Notes: generated from the letters alone by a model not told the origin. A stretch of 64,000 nt of DNA from Yuukianura sp. NJ FZ-2021 (GCA_046563655.1 CM102286.1:3472001-3536000), one strand, 5' to 3'; counted from the stretch's first letter, positions 22,521 to 36,207 are shown. Made by a program: numbers and translations.

Positions 22521-25354
22521 ATGTACTTACGGAGTCAGTTACCCTTGATTCGGTTACACCTCTTACAGTCAATCATAGTTGTTCCTTTTCTTTACCTGTT
22601 AATTCGTTATGCGGATACCCTCGTTTCGCTAACAGCACATTTTGATCGGAGAGACGACTACGCGACGCTATCTACTCAAAACCAAGACTCTTTTTTTGAT
22701 TACATAATTGGTAAGAAAGTGCTTACCATTTATTTATTCCAAAATGTTATAAAGGTCATTTCGATATGTTTTTGTTCAACGTAGTTGGGGCGGGTTCAGC
22801 TGGATCAATTGTTGCAAGTCGACTAGCAGAGAATGGTTCGATTAAAGTTCTATTGTTAGAAGCCGGCGGAAAACCAAGTCCAATGACACAAATGCCTACG
22901 GTTGCTTTCATGCTGAGCAATCGAGCGTCGCAAGACTGGAGGTATCGCACAGTTCCACAGAAGAATGCCTCCATGGGTCTCAACGGACAGGTTAGCCTTA
23001 AGTTAACCAAATAGCATCTTATGTGCAGTTATATTTCTGTGTATTACGATCACATTAATGATTCTTGTGACATAGGTTGTACATTGGCCCGGCGGAAAAG
23101 GTTTGGGTGGATCTTCTGTAATAAATGGTCTGATATTCATCCGTGGAAATATTCAGGGCTATGACTTAATGGCAAAAAGGACTGGAGACGCAATATGGAA
23201 ATCCGAAAATATTGTAAAATTTTATAAGAAAGTGGAAACATATAACGGCCTTTTTGATAAAGGTACATGACATAGAGTTGCAGTACGCACCATTACAAAC
23301 AGAAAACGTAACTACAAACACATATACAAATATATTTCTATGTCTACGTGTGCTAAGTTACATATGTGCTTGGTGGTGTGCAAGTATATATGCAACAGTA
23401 CTTTTATACATAAAGGTTTGTATACCGACGTACAGCTTACTATGTATATTTACATCTGTACATCGTATACTACACATTCATGCAGACCTTCGTACATACA
23501 ACTAGTACTATTTGCATATATTAGAAACGCATGTTATGCAAATGTGTATAATATACATAGCGTAGCATGTACATGTAGAAATATTGTGTAGTACGCTATA
23601 TTTAGAAACACAACTTTAACAATATAGCAAAATTAACAATATTTAACAAGTACCTAGTACTTAAATTTATCGTTTTTTGTAGATTTGCATGGTAAAAATG
23701 GAGATTTGACCATAGAAGCTCCAGCGGTTGTACCGCTAACTAAAATTTTGTTGGAAGCTGGAGAAGAGATGGGATACCCATCACGAGACCCTAATGCCAA
23801 AAATGTTCTCGAGGAAGGTAAAAATCTTTTTGAAATTACAAAAACTTTGAATGCCATAAAGCAAAGCACTGTTGTTGTCAAGGATTTGCCCAAATCGAGT
23901 CCTACACTAGGTTTGGTAGGCGGGCAGATACATACCACGCTACGTTAAGGAAAAATTTGCACAGAACAAATTTAGTTGTGCGAAAATTTTCTTTCGTAAC
24001 AAGGCTGCTATTTCGTCCTGGTGTAGAAAATGAAGTTATTGGCGTTGAATACGAACGGCATGGAAAAACTTACACTGCAACAGCTTCGAAACAAACAATT
24101 CTATGTGCCGGTAGTCTGTCGACGCCTAAAATTTTAATGTTGTCTGGAATAGGACCGAAGAAACATCTTGAGAAAATGCAGGTAAGTCCATTGAAGTTTT
24201 CTTCAGTAACCTTTCTTAGGTGTTCTTAAGTAAACTTTTAAAACGAGAAGGGAAGTTTTTAGTAGAAAGTATTATTCGCACATTTTCATTTCTTACATTG
24301 TATTTTCTTAGATACCAGTACGAGTAGATCTACCAGTAGGTCAAAGGTTACAAGATAAATACGGGGCCTTAGTAGGCCCGTTCGTCGTCCCCGAAGGCTA
24401 CTCCTTTAACTTTGAGCGTGACGTTAATATCTCAAGTATTTATGATTGGTTCTTACATGGGGGTGGTTTGCTCAACTCTGCCAGAACTGAAGCCACTTTT
24501 GCAGTGTTGAGTGAGACTGCAAAAAGAACGGGAGATACTTACGCACCGAATGTTCATAGCTACATCTTGTCTCAGACGCCTATCAGTCCAGAAACTCTCT
24601 TCGGATTAAATTTCAACTTTAACCAAGTCAGCTTAGACTACATGTCCAGATCAGTCCAATATGGCGACGGATTTTTTCAGCTCGTAACGATGAGCCGTTC
24701 TGTTGGGACAGGAACGCTACAACTTCGAGATAATAACCCACGTACTCCTGTGGAGATTGATCCAAAATACTTGCAAAATCAACAGGACTTGACAACATTG
24801 GTAGAAGGTAGACCATTTTCAATCAAAGCTGAATATAAAATAATTGCTAATTTTTTAAAACTTGTATTTTTGTACGCAGGGATAAGGTTCTCTGTGGACG
24901 TTGTTGAGAAAACAAAGGCTATGCAGGCTATTAATGCTCATTTGTTCCAAGATCCATTTCCTGGCTGCGAAAGTCATCAGTTCAAATCGGATGGTTACTA
25001 CGAATGTCTCGCACGACATACTACAATAAGTGCCTACAAATACTGCGGTACTGCTCCAATAGGGACAATCGATGACCCAGAAGCAGTTGTTGACTCAAGG
25101 TTTCGGTAATAAAGTTTTTATAATTCTTTCACTTATGCTTTGTTTGCGTTATTTAAAATTACTTATTGCTTTAGAACATTGCCCCAAACTTTTTAGTAAA
25201 TTTTACCTGTTCCACTTTCAGTGTTTTGGGTACGAAGGGTCTTCGAGTGATTGATGGATCGCTGTTGAGAATCAATGAAGTCAATACAAACGATGTAACA
25301 GTGCGCATGGTTGGAGAACTCGGAGCCTCCGTTGTTAAAATGGATTGGACGTGA
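22521..25354 (+). CDS. GMC oxidoreductase (glucose dehydrogenase-like), copy 2 (tandem duplicate)
   Basis: It has the same motifs and exon structure as copy 1, with high identity extending into upstream sequence (about 22240-22520 vs 18310-18565). Confidence 0.93.
23316..23612. repeat. About 290-bp TA/CA-rich insertion in intron 3 of GMC copy 2
   Basis: It is absent from the 75-nt paralogous intron of copy 1 and is bounded by the direct repeat AAACACA (23316-23322, 23606-23612). Confidence 0.6.
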
Positions 25355-26784
25355 CGCTGACAAACGCATATGAGAACGGAATCCCGAAATATTATATGTA
25401 CTCAAATTTTATAATTTCAAGTATTACTGTTTGTCACAAAGCTTTCAAAATTGTGTTATATTTCTCTTCTGTTCATTATTCTTTACACTATTTATAATAC
25501 AAGTTATTAATTCTTGCCAAAGATGTGATGCTGATGCGAGCGATGATGAATGATGACTTTACGAAATAAATTAACGATCTCACAATCGCTGTTAGTAGGT
25601 CAGGTTTTTGAAATGTATCAAACGGATCAGTTTTGTTCAATATTTTTTAAAACAAGTTTCGCTGTGAACTTAAGGCAGCAGTTGTGCATGCTCTGAAGCT
25701 ACATGCTACGAAATCCAAAGCATCCTTAGTAGATTTTCTACCTGCTCAACCGAATATAAAACGTGATGAGCTTCTCAATTTCCAATCAGGTTTACATTTA
25801 AAATGCAACTACGCCACTTGCACAACGGTTGACCTTGCGTTCAGATTTTTTGTGTATGAATGAAACAAAGCAATCAAGATCCGAACATCCGGCAATCATC
25901 GGCACATGATCATGAAGACCTCCAAATGTGCTCGAATGGGGTGTTCGTGTAGTTGACGTCCAACCGGTTTAGAATACCGAAGTCAAGGCTGCGTGGTGAC
26001 ATTGATATTGACGGTTTTTCCTAACTAATGTCAACCATGACGCGAAAAAAGAACTTTTCCTTCACGCTTATGTAACTCTTATTCACCTCATTAAAAAAAA
26101 GTTTTGGCATAGGAACTCTTTGTTGAAATAGGTTTTAACCAGTTTAGGAAACCAGTTCAATCTCAGATTAAATCGTGTTTTTTAATTGTTCCAGGATCTA
26201 GTGTCCTCGTTGGAGTAATGGACTCAGGTAATTCTCAAAGTTTTAAGAATTCACTCTGGAAAAAGTCACTTTTCAAGTTATCCTTGAGATGCACATTAGG
26301 TACTTTAAGACAGCAATGTTAGGGAATACGGCTGATTTGCTTCCATTACAGAGTCACAGCGCTGCCATGTTGTTATCGCAATTAATATGAGCGCGAATCT
26401 TTTGAGGAATCTTTCTAAATTAGTATCTATTGAGGGCATTGACAAACCTGTGTCAACTCTGTACTGTAAATTTTTGCTCATAACGGTCTTTGAAGGCCGT
26501 TAGTGCTTACTTTGTTGAGTGTTGTTGCCTGAGCCTGAGCAAGAGTCTTACACCGGAGCCACTTTTAAAAAACTTTTTAAATGTTCGCTCCCAGAGCAAA
26601 AGTTATGAAAACTTTATAGGTGGCAGTTACGAGCGGAAAGGAGTAGGAGTTTCTGAAAAATACTTATCATGTTGGTTACGGACATTTATCAGCATAGAGG
26701 GAAAATTAGAAAGCATTAACAAATTTTTCAATCAAGCTTAAACAAAATGTTTCTGCACATTGGGCTAATTCTCGTCGAATTTAT

Positions 26785-29209
26785 TTAAAGATTTGCAAAC
26801 GAGGTCTTGAAATTTGTGCACTGAAGCCACCACAGGCGATTGTCTCTGGGATATTCAGGATCAGCGGCACTAGTAAACTACAAATTTAAAAATTAGACAA
26901 ATTATAAAGTTTAATCAGAATTCTACAATACAATGATAGTTGTAATTAACAAACCTTGTGTCCAGAAATGTGTAATTTCCAGTAACGTCCTTCCCGAAAG
27001 AAAAATGTGGTTCCATTTGATATCCCTAAAGTTGCGTCAATTCGGTCGTAAGGAATGCCTCTCCAATGAGTTCTAATGTCATGCCTCGTTGCAACTTTTT
27101 TGGAAAGATCATAGTCCCAGTACTCCGAACCTGTTAACAAAAAAACTTTTTGATGTTTTTATAACTGCATTTTAAGAAACTAAATTTTAGTTGAAGCACC
27201 TTTTATGAAAAAGATGGATTTCGAATCTTCTCCAAGGAATGCCGCATTAATGTTATCTGAATCGAAAAAAAAATTAAGTACTAATTCAGGTAGAAATAAA
27301 AAAAAAAGTTAGAACTGACCAGGGATTCCATTAAAATTTCTTCTGATGACTTTTGGATAGCCTTCGTCCACAACAAATCCACTCGTTCTCCAATACAAGG
27401 TTCCCTTGAGTTTTTTTTTTACAGTTTTAAACATTTTATTAGGTTTTTCAAAAATTTGCAAAGGCTACTGACCTTGAATAAGTATGTTTTGTGATTAAGT
27501 GTAAACGCTGCATCAATTGACGCCGGAATACGTCCGTTGTAAACATTTCGAATTCTCTGTATGTCCGTAGCGTGTACATATCCGCCATTCTGATTAAGGG
27601 TGATAAGCTCATCTCCTAAAATTTCAAAAAAGAAAAAAAAACAATCATTGCTTTTTTTTTCTAAATCACTTTTTAAGGTGTTGAAACTCATTTTCCAGCG
27701 CGTTGGGTAAAAAAAAACTTTTTCTTTTAAACTTTACCTCTAAAAATTAGAATTCTTCCATTCGATATGGAGGCAATTGCGTCGAACCTGCCATCTTGAC
27801 ATATCGCATGTCTCTGAAGAATATTTGTGGCATGCGTTGTTTTTTGTGTTGTGGATGACGACGTAGATGGTGCCACTGTGGTTGTCACTTCAATTGGCTT
27901 TGAACCATAGATTTGCTAAGAATGTAAACTCAATTGAACTTTGAAGCAATTTAAATTTAAAAATATTAAAAACGACAACACAAAATAGCTAAAAAGCAGA
28001 GTATTTTAAACCTGGACGCCTCTGATGTCATCTTCATTTAAACCGACTCCAAGCCTCACATCTTGTATCAAGTGCGAAAACATTATGGCCTGCTGACTTG
28101 ACGAATGACGGAGTCCAAGTGTATGTCCTATAAAAATAGTCATTTAAATAACCCGCCAGTCATTGAATATTTGACGCAAAAAAAAAGTTCAAGAAACTCC
28201 AATTTGAAGTAGTGTAGGTAGTGACTTGCTCTTTTGTTTTCTTTAACCAGAAAAACTGTAGTGTGGATTTAATTTCTTGCTTACTAACCAATTTCATGAA
28301 GGGCAGTATAAAACAGCATGTTTTGTGCTGTCCAGTCCACTTCCTCATTAAAGTGAATGTCCCCGGATAATCCAGAACCAGGCGGGTAAAAGGCATGTGC
28401 CAACTGAGAGCCTCCTGGCGGGAACGGAAAGTTGTCTCCGTGTGATCCATGTGTAAATTGAATGTCAATATCCGCCTGCTGTACTCATTTAAAGCATAGA
28501 AATTCATTTGAATCCTTCAAAATTTTGAATTTAAATGAATTTTGAATAACACATAAATTCAGGAAGTTTAAAAATTTTTAACTCTTACCACATACTCGTC
28601 GGCACTAATAGGAACAAATGTTAATGGAATGTGAACCTCCCATGATTGAAATGCCTTGCGGATTTCGGCGTCGGTAAAATTACGCGTGATTCTTTGTTGA
28701 CTGTAGCGCGAAATATGGTAACTAATGACATTTTTATCCCATTTGGTACCGTACAGTGTGTACTTTTCTGGACGGAGGTGTAGTTTTTGAAATTCAAGGG
28801 AATGGTGATGACGCAAAACTGTATCTTTGTTTGAACATCGCGGGAAATTTATGACTCGGAGTGTTTCTTTGTCCAAAACGCCTGTCTCATTTAGCCCCAT
28901 TCTCTCTTGCAAGTCTTTGATTGAGTCGCTAAAGTCTCTCAGCGACATGCGACTTGCATCGACGTTAAGGTCATCAAAGTAACCAAACGATGTCAAATAT
29001 TCCTACAAACAAGCACTTACAGTTATCATTAAAAAAACTAAAATGTAGTAAAATACTATTTTTTTATTTTGAAGCCTTACGAGTACGTCAGATTTTCGAG
29101 AATATTTCCGAGTTGCTTTTTGTAACCTTGCTTTTCTGATTGCTTGTGTCTGGATGACACAGAAAGTGAAAGTGAAAAACAGCAAAGAAATGAGTTTGAA
29201 GCGAGCCAT
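26785..29209 (-). CDS. Matrix metalloproteinase (signal, prodomain, catalytic, hinge, hemopexin)
   Basis: Signal MARFKLISLLFFTFTFCVIQTQA, cysteine switch PRCSNKD, LAHAFYP, GDIHFNEEVDW, zinc motif HEI|GHTLGLRHS and Met-turn AIMF are present. A Thr-rich hinge and hemopexin repeats (IDAAF, TYLFK, TFFFREGRYW) follow. Confidence 0.94.
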
Positions 29210-29699
29210 CTTTGGTAATAAACTTCAAAATTTTGTAAAATTAAGCCAAAAACTTTCAATTTGGAAGAAAGTGAAACATCTTCGCCACTTTTATACTTAG
29301 GATGAGTACCCAAACTTCCGATGATGACAAATTCGCGAGTTCATTGATTTTCATTCACGTCAGAGTAACAGTGACTAAACTAAAACCGTTACAACTTTCG
29401 CACTTGCAAAAAAAATTGCAAAGAATTGCGAGAACTGACACTACGCAAGAGCCTTTTTGTGATTCTTAAGTCAACAAACTTTTATGCACTAATCTTATCA
29501 AACAGTTATGGACATTGGAAACTGTAGCGATTTATTGAGGTCAAATTTCCAAGAAGCGATTGACCTCGACAGTCAGAGTGGTCAAAAGGCAAATTTGTTT
29601 AACCAAACTGTCGTTTTAGGTAGTTACACTTTTAGCTACAAATTAACTTGCTAAGCTAACATTCATATAATCCTTTGTCTTGACCATACCGTTACTAAG

Positions 29700-31297
29700 T
29701 CATAAAAATTTACGAATCCAACTGACATATTTTGGCACATTGGTGTACACTCCAGGTAAATTTGGACTTCCGCATCCAATTCCCCAAGAAACAAGACCAG
29801 CTAATACCCAGCGTCCATCGGATCTTTGACACACTAATCCCGATCCACCATCTTTTCTACAAGCATCTTTTCCAGCTTCTCCGCCGGCGCAAACAAACGC
29901 GTCTTGGTTAAGCCGAAATGAAGTTTTTCCTAAAAATGATTTTAGCAAACGATTTTCACACTCATTTCCATCCAGAACAGCAACATCGACATGTCGTAAT
30001 GCTAGAGATGGCTTGTCATTTTCTGTTATTCCATAGCCAGGTACCCAGCACCTAAAAATTGCAAAATTTTTAGTAAAATTTTTAAATTACGATATTACTT
30101 TTATAATATTTTGAGATGTTGACCTTTGCCCTGTTAAGGTCACTTCTGGACCTGGAAGACAAATGGAGTTGATGCTGGGACTCATGGACTTTTTCAGTTT
30201 ACATGTAGGATCCAGCTTGACAATGGCAATGTCATTTACCAAAGTTTGTTCATTAAAATCGGGATGCAAAATTATTCGATCAACTTTGACTTCTACAAAT
30301 GGATAAGGCTCTGTGGTAGAATCTGTATTGAGTTCGCCCACACGCACTTTTAGGTTCTTGCAACTTTAAAAAACAAAAAGTTTTTATAAAAATTGCATTG
30401 TTTGGAAGTCAGCAAAATCCTTACTTGGTGCAAGCAAAGTCTTGGACGCTATGTGCAGTAGTGACAACTGTGTAGTCATCCAGCAGAGACCCGCTGGCGA
30501 CAAATTTAAGTTTATCTTCCTGTAGAATCAAAGCGTTCCATGGATACTCTCCAAATTCTGCCTGGAAACGTAAATGACACAAAAATTCAAAAAAAGTTAA
30601 TACGAAAATGGCGGGAAAGATGTTTTTTACTTCTTTTTTTGGAAGACGCGGCAAAATGACATTTCGAGTTCCACAAACAAATTCCCGTTCCTCGGGAACT
30701 GGTGCTGGTTGTGGAGATGGAATTATGTTGTAACAGCAAACAGAGTCTACGCAAGTTGGAGTAGGCGGGGCAGGCTGTTTCGAAAAATTTGAAAACTATC
30801 ATTTTCAATTTTTAAAATTTGGAGAAAAAGTTTTAGTTATTTGCTTACATCGTTAATAATTTTTGACGAGTCTCTCCAGGTCTTAGGACTTTCATAATCC
30901 TTGTTCAGAATTACCCTTCTACTGGCAGCAATTTCGCGCGGACCAAAAACTCCCGGATCTGCGCATCTATCTTTCGGTACGCATGTGCACTCCGACTTTC
31001 CACTTTCAGGTTGAAGTATGGGAAATGGTTTGGTAATAATTTTGGCTAAATTTTAGAAAAGTACAATTGTTCAGTTCAGTTAACTTTAAGTGTTCAGTTG
31101 ATGCCAAAGTGAATTTAAATTGCCTTGTTGTGCAAGTTAGTCAATTAGTAAATTGGCACAAATTGACTAAATTTAGTTTATATAGAGAACTTACGAGGAG
31201 TCTGTTCAACTCCACCAGCTTCTTCGCCAAAGTCAATTGACTGCCCAAAATTGTAAGTAATGTTGAAACAGATTAACCATAGGACGATGTGCTTCAT
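29700..31297 (-). CDS. Clip-type serine protease homolog (PPAF/masquerade-like, non-catalytic)
   Basis: Signal MKHIVLWLICF, Cys-rich clip-like region, AEFGEYPW, TTAHSV, NDIAIV and LAGLVSWGIGCG are present. DACRKDGGSGL shows the catalytic Ser replaced by Gly. Confidence 0.9.
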
Positions 31298-31952
31298 TTT
31301 TTGAATAAAACAAGAACGAGCGTCAAAACGCATAAACTGCAGTAAATGTAAGTGAAGGCGAAGTGGACGCATTGAAAGCAAAATGCACTCCATTTTTATA
31401 GTAAACTCAAATTGTATTAATCAAGCTTATGGGAAAATAATTCATTGATTTTACCAAAATTCTATTAGTTTGTGGAAATGAAATCAGGAACAAAGGACCA
31501 ATGCAAATATTAGAGTGAGGATTTATCCAGATTCAGTACGGAAGAATAAGCCATCCTGCAACTACGATTTAACAAAGGTGAGAAGCTAGCACATACGTAC
31601 TACGTTGTACATTGTACACCAAAACAAAATTTTGTAAAACAGAATGAAAAGAACAATTCGATTTTTTACCGCCCAGTATTTATTTTTATATCAAAATGTC
31701 AAATGACACAATTCTACAAAAATACTGTTTCAGTTCTTCTGAAATTTGTTTAGTTGTTTTTGAGGTAGCATTTCGAAATTGTTAGCTTGGTTGATTAGTT
31801 TTGGTCTGATTAAATTTGAACTATTTTGTAGCTAAAGTTTGTGTTGAAGTTGGTTAACTCAAGTATAATTTTATATTTACGAAGCACATATTTCAAAATT
31901 TTGAACATGAAAACCATAACCTTTGTTAAAAATAAATATTTTTTGAACAAAT

Positions 31953-34611
31953 TTATCGAACAGCGTCATACCCACCCTTGAGACCATCTTTTGTTAAAAC
32001 AATTTGCCACAAGTTAAGTTTTCGTGCAAAAAAGGCTCCAGCTGAAGTGTCCAAATAGAACTTCCACATTCGATAAAATGTTGGACCATACTTGGCTTCC
32101 AATTTTGGCCAAGCTTCGTCAAACTTTTGACTCCAAGCGAGCAGTGTGTCTCCGTAGTAAGAACCAAAGTTGTGCCAGTCTTCAATAACAAACAGACTTT
32201 GCATGGCATTTGTAACGTCGCAGTAGTAAGGAATTTCTCCATTGGGAAAAATGTACTTCAGCGTCCATGGATCCTTCCGTTCCATCCGAGGATCATGAAC
32301 GCCAATTGTATGCAACAAAAATATGCCGTCTTCAATAAGGCAACGATTTGCGACTTCAAAATATTCGCGGTAGTTTTTGCTCCCAACGTGTTCAAACATT
32401 CCAACAGAAACGATTCTGTCAAATTTTTCATTCAGTGTTCGGTAATCTTGGACTCGAATGTCAACCGGCAGGCCTGCGCAGAAGTTTCGCGCATATTCGG
32501 CTCCCTCTTTGCCAATAGTTACTCCCACTACGGAGACTCCGTAATTTTTGGATAAGTGTTTAGCTAGGCCACCCCATCCACAGCCGATATCCAACACCTT
32601 CATGCCTGGTTCCAGTTTCAACTTTTTGGCAATCAGTTCCAGTTTGGCAGTTTGTGCTTCAGTTAAATTTGTAGCATTTTTCCAGTAGCCACAAGAGTAA
32701 CTCATGGACGGATCCAAGAAGGCTTCGAAGAGATCATTCCCTAAAACACGCAAAAAAAATATGAAAATTAAAAAAAAAATGGTCGAATTTTTCCATTTCA
32801 TGCTGTAAATTACTTCTAAGCAACCACAGAAATTCGTCTCACGGTAACTCGTTATGAAAATTACGCTTGAAAAATTTCTTTATTGACCAAGCACTTACCT
32901 GTGTCATAATGGCTGGATACTTCAAATGCTTTTCCCAGCGTCTGCATGTTGAATAGTCCATGCCTGAGGTAGCTAACGATGCTGTTTCGAAACGAAGTAG
33001 CTTCTTTGTACATTTCACTTTTTAGCATCAGATACATAAATTTTTCCAAAGATTTGCATTCCCATAGTCCTACAATTGAAAAAAGCAGGTTTACTAAGAG
33101 TCCGAATATAATTATGGACTTGAGACTCTGTATTAACAGCAGTGTTCTTCCAGCTACATCAAAATAGGTGGAAGTATCCACTTATCCATTTTATCCAGCC
33201 ATTTCTTCCAGATAAAACTGGATGAAATATATTATCCACTGGATATCCGCTGGACGAAATGTCAAAAAAGTGGATATACAGCATTCCTCCTTAACGGTAT
33301 TGTATTTACAAGAAAAAAATTGTACAAAAAATGGACTTTCTTGAACACATGAACCTAAGTTAAGCATACGTGTGATTCTAAAGTTAAATGCATGCCAATA
33401 TAAAGTTAATTTGTGATTTTTGTGAAGTTCTATTGCTGGTAATTTATGTGTGGAAAAGAAAAGTGGGGTGCTTTGCGTTTGGAAAAAGTCATGGGATCAA
33501 AACCTAGCCTAACCTTTCACCCTCTTTATGACTCAAACGTAGCATATTGCGGTTGTTTTTGGTTTTTTTTTTTGGCTAATATCAAAGTTGAGGTTTAATT
33601 TCAACTACTAATCGCAAACCGCAAAAACTTTCAATTGCTTTCAGTTTGGTGTATGTATAAAAACTAATCTTGTAATAGTTGAGCTTATCTGAACAATTTA
33701 GCGGCAAAGTCCTAATGATAAATTGAAACATTTTGAGTTAGGATTTAGGAATAGCATATTGGGTTTGCCAACGTGAATATTGGTAAATTTCCATTCTACT
33801 ATACCATATAACGTCAAGTTGCACAAACGCAAAAATTTACGCATTTCCGAACATTCAAACGGTAGACTCCAATTTCTATGCTCAAAAGCTTTCCTTCAGA
33901 GAGTTTTATTAGTCTTTGCGTGTCTCTGAATTGTCCAAGATGTCAAAGTGTCCAACATGACATAGTACTGTAATTTACTTCCAACCGTCCATTCATGACT
34001 CTTTGACGGAAAAATGTCTCAACGCACGAAACGATGTCATTAATCTAACTCTATCTCGGAGTGAAATAGCTTTAGAGAAAGAAAGTGTCCGGGAGTACAG
34101 AAATAAAAATGATTACGGAAAAAACCGAAATTTTGAACTGCTTTCATTTTGACGTTACGCATATTTTTTAGGAACAAAATAAAACCAAATTGCGCAATAA
34201 AGCGACTCCGAAATTATAGTTCCCTTGCTTCACAAATTTTTGTCAAAAGGAGAAAGTTCTGTTCAAAGTGAAAGTCTAAACACAAAGACCTTAATGAAAC
34301 AAATGCCCAGAACATTTTTCTTCAAACGCGCTTTACTTTTCATGTTTGACTTTACCCTCCATGTACATTTCTCCCAGTCCAAGTTCGAGATCACAGGCGA
34401 CACGAACAATCCATTCCTTTTCATGGCCAGCCTTGATTGTAATTCCCGCCGGACCGGTTCCGTCTAAATGAATTCCAGCTTGCCTGTATTTAGTTGTCAC
34501 AAGACTTTTGGCCAGTGGGAACAAAATGGTGGACAGAAGGAAGCGTTCCAAGGCCTTGTAGGCTCCCAAGGCCCCTTGAACCACTGTGTATAGGAAATGT
34601 GTCACTTCCAT
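31953..34611 (-). CDS. cfa: Cyclopropane-fatty-acyl-phospholipid synthase, bacterial Cfa type, 2 introns
   Basis: LGLGEMYMEG|LWEC, LFNMQT, HYDT|GNDLF..LDPSMSYSCGYW, VLDIGCGWGG, FDRIVSVGMFEHVG, FLLHTIG, DPWTLKYIFPNG and EDWHNFG match E. coli Cfa motifs as recalled. Confidence 0.95.
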
Positions 34612-36207
34612 TGTCTGTCCAGAAACGAAATGAATGACTGTCACTGTCAAGTCAATGTAGTCGTGTCATTCTAGTCCCTGTGGTTGGCAGTGGCTAGAGT
34701 CTGGTGGTTGTGGGTAAATGGTGAATAGTGTTATGGCTTCCCTCCCACTTCAAGCTTTCCTTTCCAACTGCTTTTCCTATTTAGTTTTTTTCCTTCGTCC
34801 GGCCTAAAATGTACTGCTGGAAGCCTCCTCAAAGTTGTTTGCAGCTTTTTCACGATTTCTGTGCAATTTCAGTCGGACTGAGAGGCAGAAGGAGAGGTTT
34901 GGCATAAAACATAAAAGCTTAAAGTGGTTTTCCTTATTCGAAAGATGCTTATATGGAAATGATTGTGTAGAACTGCCTGTGGCACTTATGGTTCTCCATG
35001 CACTGTAGAAACTGTGGAGTTATAATAAAAAAAAGATCCTATGGAAAAAGTGCTTAGTAAAGCAAAACTTAAGTTGATGCTGAAACCACCTTGCAGGTTT
35101 TTAGCATATGTTTTTTTTTCTGGTTAAGGTGATAAGTAGTTTTAAGAGCCCGTGCAGAGATGCATAAGTGATCAAAAATAAGCAACGACACGATACTGAT
35201 GTAAGTTTTGTGCAAACATTTACTAAAAATCTGGAGCATGAAGTGTACTGCATGGAGACGCCATAAACACTTTGTTTGCTTGCGTGACCTCCACCTCAAA
35301 GCTAAATGAGGTCACAAAAACAAGCGTATGGAGACGGTAGAACCAGATCTGTGAAGTGGTGGAGCTTATAGGTGAGAGTTTTTTTTTTTCAGGCAAAAAC
35401 TCGTTAGCACCGCGTGATCAAATTCTGAAATGAAACTTTAATGACAGGACAAAAATTGTAGTCTAGCGGTGACAATGGTATGGGCATTAGACGTGGATAT
35501 TTTTGAAACTAAGGTTAACAGGAAATGACTAAAATGGCTTAACGGTAAATTAAGTGTAGTGTCAGGATGGCACTTAATTAGTCACAGTCATGTGGAATAC
35601 ACAGGTATGAAAAATTCGTTGTGTGCTTCTAAAGTGTTTTTCAGTTCAGCAGACTTGGACTGTGACTAATGCAAGGACAAAAAGCATCATCCATTGTCTA
35701 AACTTCACTCTTTGAATGTCTTTTACATTATAAGTATTTTATAATTAAAATTTTTATTTAAAACAATTTGTAGCTAAATTTTGTTAAAATTTGTGTGACA
35801 AATTAAAATTTTCAAACACTAAAAATTATCAATTGAAAAATACAGTGCAAATTGTGTGTTTTCCCGAAAAAAAAATTGTAGGTTTTTTGTATCATAATTT
35901 TTTTGAATTTGTATAAAACTTGTTTTGAAAAGTAGCAAATTCAACAATTTCTGAGAATTGGAAAATAAAGAGCGTATTAATGAAGCGTATGGAAAGTTTT
36001 GATACAATAATAAATCTAATCTGATATCATTTGTTTGTTTTTAGATGTAGAATTTTTACGTCAGCCGTACTGCGCAAAATTATCTGGAAATTTTTCAAAA
36101 AATTGATGAAAGTTTTTGTTTATATAAAATTTGTTTGACACCGATTTTGTCAGTGGTATACGGATTTTGTCTAATTTGAAGAATTTCTTTTAAATCTTCG
36201 TCTCATA

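Noticed and set aside
25520..26400. Exon-like plus-strand segments (FRCELKAAVVHALK..., RPPNVLEWGVRVVDVQP) and a C-box-like ATGATGA
   Set aside because: In-frame stops and inconsistent splice phases prevent a gene model, so at most this is a decayed pseudogene. No properly placed D box supports a snoRNA.
29840..29870. Loss of the catalytic Ser in the serine protease as a novelty
   Set aside because: Ser-to-Gly replacement is the normal state of arthropod PPAF/masquerade-like homologs.
33174..33279. ATCCA/TGGAT-rich imperfect palindrome in cfa intron 1
   Set aside because: It is too short and degenerate to define ends or a TSD and is probably a repeat relic.
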